64,000 nucleotides of DNA from Oscillospiraceae bacterium (GTDB lineage: Bacteria > Bacillota > Clostridia > Oscillospirales > CAG-272), in assembly GCA_015063645.1 (NCBI GenBank), contig SVTS01000002.1, forward strand, positions 5,141 to 69,140, given 5' to 3'. The position numbers and the translations under genes are program-made. Below the pieces are notes generated by a model. It did not search any database. It saw only the letters and a list, made by a program, of their open reading frames with translations, and was not told the origin of the DNA. The stretch's first letter is position 1. Each line of letters starts with the position of its first letter. Shown piece by piece: positions 45,654-54,166 of this stretch.

Positions 45654-46991
45654 TCAGCCAATCCAGTAGGCAGGCGTGTTGATTTCCGCTACGATGGTGC
45701 GGATAGGCAGATCTTCCTTGCCTGCGATCATGGTAAGGATAGATTCCTGACCTGCAGGTGTGATGACACTGCCGGTGATGCGGCGGAATTTCTCCTGCAG
45801 CCAGTTGAGGGAAATGTTCTCATGCGCTTCGCCCCGGGGTTCACATTCGTCGGAGACAAATGTGCGTCCATCCCGGGTGATGATCTCTGCACGGCAGATG
45901 CGGCGGGCGGGGAACTGTTCATCCAGCTTTTCATCCACGGCAAAATGCAGCCGTTTCATCATGTCCGTTACAGCGGGATCGCCCAGATTTTCCTCGCGGA
46001 CCTGTGCCAGTCCGAAATCACCGTATACCAGCGAAGCGGCTACAGGATAGGCGATATTGTACTGCGCTTCATCCGCGGTTGCGGGGATGATTTTGGAGAG
46101 CATAGTGGCACGGCGGAATGTGTGTACAGTAACGGAAGCGATATCCTCCGGGCGGAGATTGTTCTCGCGCATCAGGGATACGCAGGCATCAATGGCGGGG
46201 TGAGCCCAGCGGCAGCAGGGATACGGCTTGAAATACAGATCCATGACCTGATATTTTTTGCCGAGATCATCCAGAAAATGCTTGTGTTCGTCGGCTTCCA
46301 GCAGGTTTTTGTTTCCTTCAAAGCCGCACTGGGATGCCTGCACGGCGAGAATGCCGGCGAGAACACCGAAAGGAACGCCGTCCTTGTTCATGGAAGGATA
46401 TTCCACACTGCGGATGCCGGGGACGAGAGGCGCATTGAATTCCGCAACAGAGAGGACGTTGTTCATCTGTTCCTTTGTGAATCCCAGAATCCGTCCGACG
46501 CCGGCGGCAACACCTACGGCACCGAACGTACCGCTGGAATGGGCGTACTGATAATACTCCATGATGGCAGCGCCGCTGCGGATTGTCGTCTCATAGGCGA
46601 CCAGCATGGCGGCGAGGAATTCGTCGCGGCTCAGATTCTTCTCCCATGCATATGCCAGAAGCGCTCCCACAAAGGAAGTGCCGGGATGTGCACGGGTCAT
46701 GTTGTGACCGTCGTCAATGTCATAAGCGTTGGAGGAATGTCCCATGGCGGCGGAAGCGCCCAGAACGCCGAATGTGCGCTCAGAACCGATGACAGGCACA
46801 TTGCCCGGCGCGAATACGCTTTCCGCCAAACGGAGACCTGCATCAAACTGACGGCTCCGGCTGCCGATGATCATGGCACCGCACAGATCGGTGAAACAGC
46901 CTTTCATGCGTTCCTGCACTTCCGCGGGCAGATCCTCCCAGCGGGTGTCCAGAATAAAGTTTTCCAGTTTATAATTCGTTTCAAAATGCAT
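45654..46991 (-). CDS. MmgE/PrpD-family protein (2-methylcitrate dehydratase-like)
   Basis: 445 aa. The length and overall sequence style (e.g. ...CCRWAHPAIDA...) fit the MmgE/PrpD family as recalled. Confidence 0.75.
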   Translation of the reverse strand: MHFETNYKLENFILDTRWEDLPAEVQERMKGCFTDLCGAMIIGSRSRQFDAGLRLAESVFAPGNVPVIGSERTFGVLGASAAMGHSSNAYDIDDGHNMTRAHPGTSFVGALLAYAWEKNLSRDEFLAAMLVAYETTIRSGAAIMEYYQYAHSSGTFGAVGVAAGVGRILGFTKEQMNNVLSVAEFNAPLVPGIRSVEYPSMNKDGVPFGVLAGILAVQASQCGFEGNKNLLEADEHKHFLDDLGKKYQVMDLYFKPYPCCRWAHPAIDACVSLMRENNLRPEDIASVTVHTFRRATMLSKIIPATADEAQYNIAYPVAASLVYGDFGLAQVREENLGDPAVTDMMKRLHFAVDEKLDEQFPARRICRAEIITRDGRTFVSDECEPRGEAHENISLNWLQEKFRRITGSVITPAGQESILTMIAGKEDLPIRTIVAEINTPAYWIG

Positions 46992-47006
46992 AAGATTCCT
47001 CCGGTA

Positions 47007-48500
47007 TTATTTGATGAGGGAAGGACGCAGGATAATGTACGCATAACGTCCCGGGAGCGTATCCAGATAGGCGGCAGCCGCATCGCCGCTGATCGCATCG
47101 ATGGACTGATCCGGTGCGAAACTGCCGCAGAAACCGTCGCCGGTGTACATGGCGGCATATGTTTTCAGACCGGTGTGATCGTCCGAGCAGAGGAGAACAT
47201 CGCCGGGCTGCAGATCGTCCATACGCAGCTGCGTGGTGCGGATAAACGGATCATAGCAGGCTTCCGGAGTGATGACACCGATTCCGCCGAAATAGGAATA
47301 CAGCGCCATATCCTGCGCAGGATTCTGACGGCGGCGGCTCCACACGTGATCTGTGTATGCATCATGCCGGTAGAACAGATCCCGCAGCAGCAGGTTGTGT
47401 GCCGCAGGCACCGGGATGCCGATGGAAGCGTATGCCACTGTAATAGCCTCAGCGGAGGAAATACCGGATGCGGTATGCATCGCAGAAACTACTTTTTCAA
47501 CTTCATCCGCAGTAAGATTTGTTCCTATCAGAACCGGCGGAGCATATACATGCAGTCCGTTTGCGATGATGATGGGCGCATCTATTGCGGGACTCTGTAT
47601 ATTTTCCGCTGTAACGCTGAAAGTGCATGTGCAGCTTTCCCCTGCGGGGATTTCTGTAGTGCAGGCGAATTCTCCGCTCGGACAGCAGCCGGCAGGCGGG
47701 GTGAACTGTATCTGTACCTGTGCGGCATCGGAACGGCGGTTTTCTACGGAGAGCGTATACTCCACAGTATCGCCGGGCGCGGCAGTCTGACCGCCGGAGT
47801 GGGATGCGGTGACAGAGAAGAACAGATCCTTTGCCGTTGTCATGCGCGCAAGCGTATCGGGGGTGGGATCACCCACATAATTCAGCGGGCGAACAACAGC
47901 CAGTTTGCATACATTTTCGTTGAAGAGATACCGTCTGGCGTACCGCTCTTCATCGCTTTTCTCAAACCACCAGCGAGGATCACCAATATACATGCCGCCG
48001 TGGGGATTGATGTTGTCACGGAGTTCCTTGTAATTATAACTGCCCGGAATTCCCATCGGCTGTGTACAGTGGTAATATTCGTGCTCATTTTTGTAGAGCA
48101 TAATGTGTCCGTTGGTCGCACGGGAGACAATTACAGCATCGCCGGGTTGAAGAAGCTCCTTCACCTGTTTGCTCATGGCTTCGATCTCTTCCGGTGTTTC
48201 CTCCCCGGTGAAATCGTGACGGAATACGCAGTCCCGTACCAGATCACGGATGTTCCATGTGACGGTCGCTTCCAGCTGATAGCCGAATGCATTGTAAAAG
48301 GCGGCCCAAACGAAGGTAGCACAGTCCAGATAGAGCCTCTGTTGGGACGTTGCTGCCTCAGGAGGCAGACGGAAGCGTCTGCGGGGCGTTATGCGGATCA
48401 GACGGTCCATGCTCAGCTGATCGTACTGCAGCCAAAATCCGCGGTCCACGTACGCCTGAGCGGCGGTGAACAGTGCTTCTGCTTTAGGATTGTATGTCAT
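47007..48500 (-). CDS. Hypothetical cytoplasmic protein with NlpC/P60-like Cys...His signatures at both ends and a central Ig-like segment
   Basis: 497 aa with no signal peptide. LYLDCATFVWAAF...GDAVIVSR.TNGHIMLY (N-terminus) and PGDVLLCSDDHTGLKTYAAMYTG (C-terminus). Confidence 0.45.
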   Translation of the reverse strand: MTYNPKAEALFTAAQAYVDRGFWLQYDQLSMDRLIRITPRRRFRLPPEAATSQQRLYLDCATFVWAAFYNAFGYQLEATVTWNIRDLVRDCVFRHDFTGEETPEEIEAMSKQVKELLQPGDAVIVSRATNGHIMLYKNEHEYYHCTQPMGIPGSYNYKELRDNINPHGGMYIGDPRWWFEKSDEERYARRYLFNENVCKLAVVRPLNYVGDPTPDTLARMTTAKDLFFSVTASHSGGQTAAPGDTVEYTLSVENRRSDAAQVQIQFTPPAGCCPSGEFACTTEIPAGESCTCTFSVTAENIQSPAIDAPIIIANGLHVYAPPVLIGTNLTADEVEKVVSAMHTASGISSAEAITVAYASIGIPVPAAHNLLLRDLFYRHDAYTDHVWSRRRQNPAQDMALYSYFGGIGVITPEACYDPFIRTTQLRMDDLQPGDVLLCSDDHTGLKTYAAMYTGDGFCGSFAPDQSIDAISGDAAAAYLDTLPGRYAYIILRPSLIK

Positions 48501-48591
48501 GGAAATCTCTCCTTATATGTGAAAATTCCGTATTATGTATTATTATACTCCGTTTGCGGGGAAAGTCAAGGCGTGGCGGAATATCTGCCCT

Positions 48592-48632
48592 TGTGAACAG
48601 ATTTCACACCTTGTGAAAGTTTTTCATGACAT
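48592..48632. promoter_or_regulatory. Putative LysR-type operator pair upstream of the 47007-48500/prpD-like operon
   Basis: Perfect palindrome TGTGAA-N5-TTCACA (48592-48608). The adjacent 23-mer CTTGTGAAAGTTTTTCATGACAT (48610-48632) is repeated (21/23) at 49492-49514. Confidence 0.5.
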
Positions 48633-49475
48633 GGAATTCTCTTTCAGGAAACGTATAAACTGTTTTGCCGCGGCAGAGCACTTCCTGTCCTCGCGGAAAG
48701 CGAATCCCAGTGTGCGCGTGATTTTCGGCAGAACCTGCAGAACTCGTACGCCGTGCGGGCGTTCTCTTATGGCAAGGTGCGGCAGAACGGCGACGCCGAT
48801 CCCCTCCCGTACCATGGATATAACGGATCCGTATTCTGCGGAGGTCAGCTGAATTACTTCTTTGAATTTACTGCAGTCAAAATACGAATTCAGAAAGCTC
48901 TCGTTCGTCTGGATATAGGAAAAGGTGTATAATTCTTCCCTGGTTACAGAGCGCCGCTTCGGAAACTGGTCGGAGGGGACAACCGCCACATAGGCATCCT
49001 CCGTCATGGGGTACCATTCCGTCATGCAGTCCGGCAGTTTGTCGGAGAAGATCACATCGGGGATTTCCTCCTCCTGCCAGGCACTGAATCTGTCCGCTAC
49101 AAGGATGGAAATCCGGACGGAGGGATAAAAATTCTTGAATTTCTGCAAGATTTCCGGCAGGATGTGCAGAGCAATACTGGAATAGGTTCCGATTTTCAAT
49201 TCGGCATCCTGTACGGCGACGAGAGAAGAAACAGCCTTAAACAGAGCGTTCTCTGCCTCGGTCACGGCACGGAAATGCCCTGCAAGCTTTTTGCCGGCTT
49301 CGGTGATTTCCACACCCTTGTGCGTGCGGGTGAACAGCTGAACGCCCAGTTCTTTCTCCAGTGCATCCGCCATGTGGGACAGAGCAGAGGGCGTGTAGGA
49401 AAGCTCTTCGGCAGCGCCGGAAAAGCTTCCGTGCTTCTCAATCAGGAGAAAAGCCTTGATTTTCAGTGTATCCAT
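48624..49475 (-). CDS. LysR-family transcriptional regulator
   Basis: 283 aa. N-terminal wHTH (MDTLKIKAFLLIEKHGSFSGAAEELSYTPSALSHMADALEKELG) plus a substrate-binding domain. Confidence 0.85.
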   Translation of the reverse strand: MDTLKIKAFLLIEKHGSFSGAAEELSYTPSALSHMADALEKELGVQLFTRTHKGVEITEAGKKLAGHFRAVTEAENALFKAVSSLVAVQDAELKIGTYSSIALHILPEILQKFKNFYPSVRISILVADRFSAWQEEEIPDVIFSDKLPDCMTEWYPMTEDAYVAVVPSDQFPKRRSVTREELYTFSYIQTNESFLNSYFDCSKFKEVIQLTSAEYGSVISMVREGIGVAVLPHLAIRERPHGVRVLQVLPKITRTLGFAFREDRKCSAAAKQFIRFLKENSMS

Positions 49476-49485
49476 AATACCATAT

Positions 49486-49536
49486 CTTTCACTTGTGAAA
49501 ATGTTTCATGACATAATTATAAATCTCCGCTTCACA
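49486..49536. promoter_or_regulatory. Putative LysR operator region in the lysR/DMT divergent intergenic region
   Basis: TTTCAC-TT-GTGAAA palindrome (49487-49500), the 23-mer CTTGTGAAAATGTTTCATGACAT (49492-49514), and a further TTCACA half-site (49531-49536). Confidence 0.5.
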
Positions 49537-49598
49537 TTTGTCAAGAGATATGATAAACTATTAGAGCTTCCGGCAAAAAAATACATCGGAGGAATGAT

Positions 49599-50525
49599 AT
49601 GAGCAAGAATAAATATTATCTCTATCTGGCATTTGTTATCCTGATCTGGGGCGTTATACCGATGGTTACGGTATATTTTTACGATTATTTTTCCGCCTCG
49701 GTTTTCAATGCGGCGGCGGCACTGATTTCCGCATCGGCGTTCACGGCACTCTCCTGGAAAAGCCGGCATCTGATGAACCGCCGGTATCTGCTGATCGCTG
49801 GTATCACGGGAAGCTGCTATTCTCTGGCGACAATCGTGCAGCGGATCGGTCTGCAGTACACAACACCGTCCATGTTCGCCTTTCTTGAGAATACATCCTG
49901 CATCGTGGTGCCCATTCTGCTGGTGCTTCTGGTGAAAAAGAAATCCCATCCCCTTGTGTGGATGGCAAGCGTTCTCTGTCTGATCGGCTGCTTTGTCCTC
50001 AGCGGAGCCAATTTTGGCAGCGGATTCGGAATCGGGGAGATTCTCTGTGCGCTGGCAGGACTGCTTTTCTCCGGCAATATCGTCGGAACCGGTTCCTACG
50101 GTAAGGGAATGCACGTAACGCTCTATCTGACCGTACAGATGTGGGTGCATGTAGTCCTGTCCACGCTGACGATGCTGATTCTGCATTTTGTGCAGAAAGA
50201 CGGCGCACCGATCGAGGCGATGCGGATGGAATGGCGTCCCGGACTGATTTTGGCATTGATTCTGGTGATTCTGATCAGCAATACATTCTGCTGGATCCTG
50301 CGGACGAAAATCATTCAGAACGCCAACATGACGGTTGTATCCATTGCAATGCCGCTGTCCGCGGTTGTGACGATGATCATGTCCGTTATCGCCGGAACGG
50401 ATACACTGTCCGTTCAGCTGGTTGCCGGCGCGTGCATTATCGTTGCGGCGCTCATTCTGTCCGCATTCGGCGAGATTGCGGAGACGAAAAAAGCCGCACA
50501 GCCCGAAGAAGTTATGCAGAAATAA
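49599..50525 (+). CDS. DMT-superfamily (EamA-like) transporter
   Basis: 308 aa with about 10 TM helices in two EamA-like halves. Confidence 0.7.
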   Translation: MSKNKYYLYLAFVILIWGVIPMVTVYFYDYFSASVFNAAAALISASAFTALSWKSRHLMNRRYLLIAGITGSCYSLATIVQRIGLQYTTPSMFAFLENTSCIVVPILLVLLVKKKSHPLVWMASVLCLIGCFVLSGANFGSGFGIGEILCALAGLLFSGNIVGTGSYGKGMHVTLYLTVQMWVHVVLSTLTMLILHFVQKDGAPIEAMRMEWRPGLILALILVILISNTFCWILRTKIIQNANMTVVSIAMPLSAVVTMIMSVIAGTDTLSVQLVAGACIIVAALILSAFGEIAETKKAAQPEEVMQK

Positions 50526-50530
50526 GAATA

Positions 50531-50556
50531 AAACTCCCGGGGAACCGGGAGTTTTT
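50531..50556 (+). terminator. Rho-independent terminator after the DMT transporter gene
   Basis: AAACTCCCGG-GGAA-CCGGGAGTTT followed by Ts. Confidence 0.8.
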
Positions 50557-50585
50557 CATGTTTTGTTATAATTCAGAAAAGTAAT

Positions 50586-50630
50586 TTGCGTTTACCGTGA
50601 AAATGTGGTATAATGTACACAGCATACAGA
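50586..50630 (+). promoter_or_regulatory. recG promoter plus a conserved initial transcribed motif shared with the azlC promoter
   Basis: TTGCGT, 17-nt spacer, TG-extended TATAAT (50609-50614), followed by GTACACAGCATACAGA. About 160-nt leader before recG. Confidence 0.55.
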
Positions 50631-50778
50631 TAACTGTAATCGTACATCAGCCTGCTGTGTACGCGAGCCTGCCGCGCGGCAATACCGCATTGTATGTGCA
50701 ATCACATCCGGGCAAAACCGGAAGAGATGAACCGATCCAAAACGAAATCCCGATAACGAAACCGGAAAGGAGAATAGT

Positions 50779-52929
50779 ATGCCGCTGCAGCTTACTTCAC
50801 TTGTTACTGCCATGCGCGGTGTGGGCGATGCCCGTGCCGCCGCCCTTGCCTCTCTCGGCATCATGAGCGTGGGCGATCTTCTGCATCACTATCCGCGCGG
50901 ATATCAGTGCCGCGGCGACGTGCGTTCCGCCGCTGATGCGCTGTCCCTTGCCGCCGACGGAAGTATGGCGGCTGTATCTATGATTCTGACCGTATCGGCG
51001 GAGCCTTCTTTCCGTGTAATCCGGCGGGGAATGTCGATTTTGAAATTCCGTGCCTTTGATGAGAGCGGGATCTGTGATATCACATATTTCAATCAGAATT
51101 ATCTGAAAGATACGTTCCACACAGGCGGTACATTCCGCTTTTTCGGACGGGTTTCCATGGAGGGAAAGCGGCTCTGCATGACCGCTCCCATCTGGGAGCC
51201 GGTGATACCCGGCAGAGAATTGCCCGCCGTTGTGCCGGTCTATCCGCTTGCTTCCGGTCTGACGCAGAAATTCCTCAGCGGACTTATCCGGGAAGCCCTC
51301 GCACATGTGGGCGGTCAGCTGCCGGAGACGCTTCCCGCGGATCTGATGCGCCGCGAATCGCTGTGCACGCTTCGCTTTGCTCTGTCGAATATTCATTTTC
51401 CGCCCGATATGACTGCGCTTTCCACTGCACGACGCAGGCTGATTTTTGAGGAATTCTTCGAGATGGGGCTGGCGATGGCGGCACTCACTGCGCCGGAAAG
51501 CACCCCAGGACACCGGATGACCGATACGGATGCCGCACCTCTGCTTGAGCTGCTTCCCTATGAGCTGACCGGTGCACAGAAGCGATCTGTAGCGGAGATC
51601 GCCGCAGATCTTGCCTCCGGCAATAAGATGAACCGGATTCTCATGGGTGATGTTGGTTCGGGAAAAACGGTCGTTGCGGCTTCTGCCGCCTATATCGCCG
51701 CTAAGAACGGCTACCAGACGGCGATCATGGCGCCGACGGAGATTCTGGCTGTTCAGCATTACAGGGAAATGGAGCCGCTGTTCGCTCAGCTCGGTATCAG
51801 GAGTGCCTGCCTTGTCGGCTCACTTACCGCCGCAAAGAAGAAGAAAGTCCACGCGGAAATCGCCTCCGAAGAGGATCCCGTGCAGATTGTTATCGGTACC
51901 CATGCGCTTCTGTCCGCCGGTGTGGAATTTCCCCGGCTGGGACTGGTGATTGAGGATGAACAGCATCGCTTCGGCGTTATGCAGCGTGCTGCTCTGGCGG
52001 AAAAAGACGCACTTGCCCATATGCTGGTGATGAGCGCAACGCCGATTCCCCGTACGCTTTCCCTTGTGGCGTGCGGCGGACTGGCAGTCTCCCGGCTGGA
52101 TGAAATGCCGCCGGGCAGACAGGTGGTGGATACGTTTGTCGTGGATGAACGCTACAGAGAGCGTCTGAACGGATTCATCCGCAGACAGGTGGATGAGGGA
52201 CATCAGGTCTATGTGGTCTGCCCCTCCGTGGAGGAGGAAAAGAAACTCAAAATCACGGACGATCCGGAGGAGCTTGCCAGTATTCTTCTGGATGGTCAGC
52301 TGGAGGATGACAAACCGCCGCTGAAAGCCGCTGTGGATTACGCCGCAAAGCTGGCGGAGATATTCCCCGATCTGCAGGTGGGATTTGTCCACGGAAAGAT
52401 GAAGACTGCCGACAAAGACAGGGTCATGCGGGCATTCACCGAAGGGGAAATGCATATCCTCGTGTCCACAACGGTCATTGAGGTCGGTGTAAACGTTCCC
52501 AATGCGACGCTGATGATCGTGGAAAACGCCGAGCGATTCGGATTGGCGCAGCTGCATCAGCTTCGCGGACGCGTGGGACGCGGCAAAGCGAAATCTTACT
52601 GCGTTCTGGTGTCGGATTCAAAAGCTGAGACCGCCCGGGCGCGTCTGGAGGTGCTCCACCGGAATCATAACGGTTACGCCATCGCTGAGGAGGATCTCCG
52701 CCTGCGGGGACCGGGCGATTTCCTGAAAAACGGCGGTATCGTCCGTCAGCACGGTACCATGCCGCTGACACTTGCCTCCGGTATGGGGGATACGGATATG
52801 ATGGAGTGTGCTTTTGATGCGGCACGCACTCTGCTGGCGGAGGATCCGGGACTGACCCTGCCGGAGCATGCTCCCCTGCGGGATGCGGTCAGTCAGGTGC
52901 GTCAGGCGGCATCCAGCACCATGAACTGA
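50779..52929 (+). CDS. recG: ATP-dependent DNA helicase RecG
   Basis: 716 aa. Wedge/OB N-terminus, Walker A GDVGSGKT, DEQHRFG, and a helicase C-terminal region (QLHQLRGRVGRG). Confidence 0.9.
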   Translation: MPLQLTSLVTAMRGVGDARAAALASLGIMSVGDLLHHYPRGYQCRGDVRSAADALSLAADGSMAAVSMILTVSAEPSFRVIRRGMSILKFRAFDESGICDITYFNQNYLKDTFHTGGTFRFFGRVSMEGKRLCMTAPIWEPVIPGRELPAVVPVYPLASGLTQKFLSGLIREALAHVGGQLPETLPADLMRRESLCTLRFALSNIHFPPDMTALSTARRRLIFEEFFEMGLAMAALTAPESTPGHRMTDTDAAPLLELLPYELTGAQKRSVAEIAADLASGNKMNRILMGDVGSGKTVVAASAAYIAAKNGYQTAIMAPTEILAVQHYREMEPLFAQLGIRSACLVGSLTAAKKKKVHAEIASEEDPVQIVIGTHALLSAGVEFPRLGLVIEDEQHRFGVMQRAALAEKDALAHMLVMSATPIPRTLSLVACGGLAVSRLDEMPPGRQVVDTFVVDERYRERLNGFIRRQVDEGHQVYVVCPSVEEEKKLKITDDPEELASILLDGQLEDDKPPLKAAVDYAAKLAEIFPDLQVGFVHGKMKTADKDRVMRAFTEGEMHILVSTTVIEVGVNVPNATLMIVENAERFGLAQLHQLRGRVGRGKAKSYCVLVSDSKAETARARLEVLHRNHNGYAIAEEDLRLRGPGDFLKNGGIVRQHGTMPLTLASGMGDTDMMECAFDAARTLLAEDPGLTLPEHAPLRDAVSQVRQAASSTMN

Positions 52930-52932
52930 AAA

Positions 52933-52976
52933 AATAAATCCGTGATATTCTGTGATATCACGGATTTATTTTTATT
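52933..52976 (+). terminator. Rho-independent terminator after recG
   Basis: AAATCCGTGATAT / ATATCACGGATTT 13-bp stem followed by a T-run. Confidence 0.8.
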
Positions 52977-52984
52977 GTTTACAG

Positions 52985-53345
52985 AAAACCACCTGCTAAG
53001 CGGGTGGTTCAAAAGAGGCTTTTGCCGTTGAGTAATCCCGCCGCAGCGGTAGGCTCCCCTGTGTAAGGGGAACTGTCAGCGTGCGGGGTTCCCCGAAACG
53101 AGCGCAGTGAGTTTCGGGGGGCTCGCGCAGCTGACGGAGGGGGTGTTTAAGAGTATTTTTAACAATCCCTCCGTCACGGCTTCGCCGTGCCACCTCCCTT
53201 TACACAAGGGAGGCTGAAACAGCAGCCACATCTGTGGCGGTAGGACGAGTTTGCAAGTGTCAAATGTTTCAGTGGGCTTTCAGCCCCGCCTGTAATATGC
53301 CCTTACAGGGCTGTGCAAGCCACCGGCTTTGCCGGTGGTCTTGAC
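52985..53345. repeat. Array of at least 9 different short GC-rich hairpins (REP/BIME-like intergenic palindromic elements)
   Basis: Consecutive perfect stems: AACCACC/GGTGGTT, CCCCT/AGGGG, CCCCGAAA/TTTCGGGG, GACGGAGGG/CCCTCCGTC, CACGGC/GCCGTG, CCTCCCTT/AAGGGAGG, GCCACA/TGTGGC, CCTGTAA/TTACAGG and CCACCGGC/GCCGGTGG. Confidence 0.6.
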
Positions 53346-54166
53346 TGTTTTTCTGCGGGTCGGATGAATTTCTGCACCGGATAGCCGCATTCTTCTGTAA
53401 GCTCATCGGGGCGGAAGCCCATCTTTTCATAAAAAGCCCGCGGGGCAATGCCGAGCGGATCATTTTCGCGGAATGTCGAAACTGTCAATTCCCGCTCAGA
53501 ATCAGCGACAGAACGCATCAGAGCAAACATATCCTGGGCGATATGCCGGCGGCGGTACGCCGGGTCCACTGCCATACAGCAGAGCAGATTGCGGTTTGGC
53601 GAGAACAGAAGTACACCGATGATGCGTCCGTCCGCTTTCGCGCGGATTGCTGTGCGGCGGTTGATGAACTTCTCCACCGTTCTGCGGTGAGCTGCCAGCG
53701 CTTCCTCGGTTTCAAGACCCGGAAAATTCCCGCGTACATCCCGCACCAGCGACATCCAACTGCAGATTTCCTCCGGAGTACCGAATCCGATTTCCACACC
53801 GTTCGCGCGGATCTCATATCCGGCGCAGAGCAGTGCTTCTTTTGCACGGGCGGAATTTTCCAGCTTCACGAAGATATAATCCGTATCGTAGGTGGAAAGT
53901 GCAAGAATGCCCACCTCTGCCTCCGCAAGAACGGCGGCGATCCGCGCCAGAATGCCGAGCAGGGAGAAATCCAGCTGTCCGACAATCCGCATGCCGCACC
54001 AGCCGTCTTCTCTGGCCGTGACAGCAGTCGGCATGTCCGCAGTGGGGCAGATTAGGGAATTCTCACTGTCCGTGCGGGAGAAAAACACGAATTCACCTTC
54101 CGGAATCGGCGTCCCGTGGGGAAGCTTTGCCGCTGTGAATGACTGCGGCAGGAATTCGATCAGCAT
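53303..54166 (-). CDS. ACT-domain (ACT_7-like) / GNAT N-acetyltransferase fusion protein
   Basis: 287 aa. The N-terminus MLIEFLPQSFTAAKLP...GWCGMRIVGQLDFSLLGILARI is ACT_7-like. The C-terminus is a GNAT motif (IIGVLLF...MAVDPAYRRRHIAQDMF). Confidence 0.6.
   Translation of the reverse strand: MLIEFLPQSFTAAKLPHGTPIPEGEFVFFSRTDSENSLICPTADMPTAVTAREDGWCGMRIVGQLDFSLLGILARIAAVLAEAEVGILALSTYDTDYIFVKLENSARAKEALLCAGYEIRANGVEIGFGTPEEICSWMSLVRDVRGNFPGLETEEALAAHRRTVEKFINRRTAIRAKADGRIIGVLLFSPNRNLLCCMAVDPAYRRRHIAQDMFALMRSVADSERELTVSTFRENDPLGIAPRAFYEKMGFRPDELTEECGYPVQKFIRPAEKQSRPPAKPVACTAL

Noticed and set aside
45822-48596. A 924-aa ORF on the plus strand spanning two minus-strand genes (prpD-like and the 497-aa protein).
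   Set aside because: It is antisense and codon-aligned to two genes that have convincing family motifs. It has no RBS, and its composition is Arg/Gly/His/Cys/Ile-rich, typical of shadow frames. Sense codons TTA/CTA/TCA are rare in this GC3-rich genome, so the antisense frame simply lacks stop codons.
52985-53345. A possible CRISPR array, given the many short palindromic units.
   Set aside because: The units all differ from each other, there is no constant repeat with regular spacing and no spacers of uniform length, and no cas genes are present in the window.
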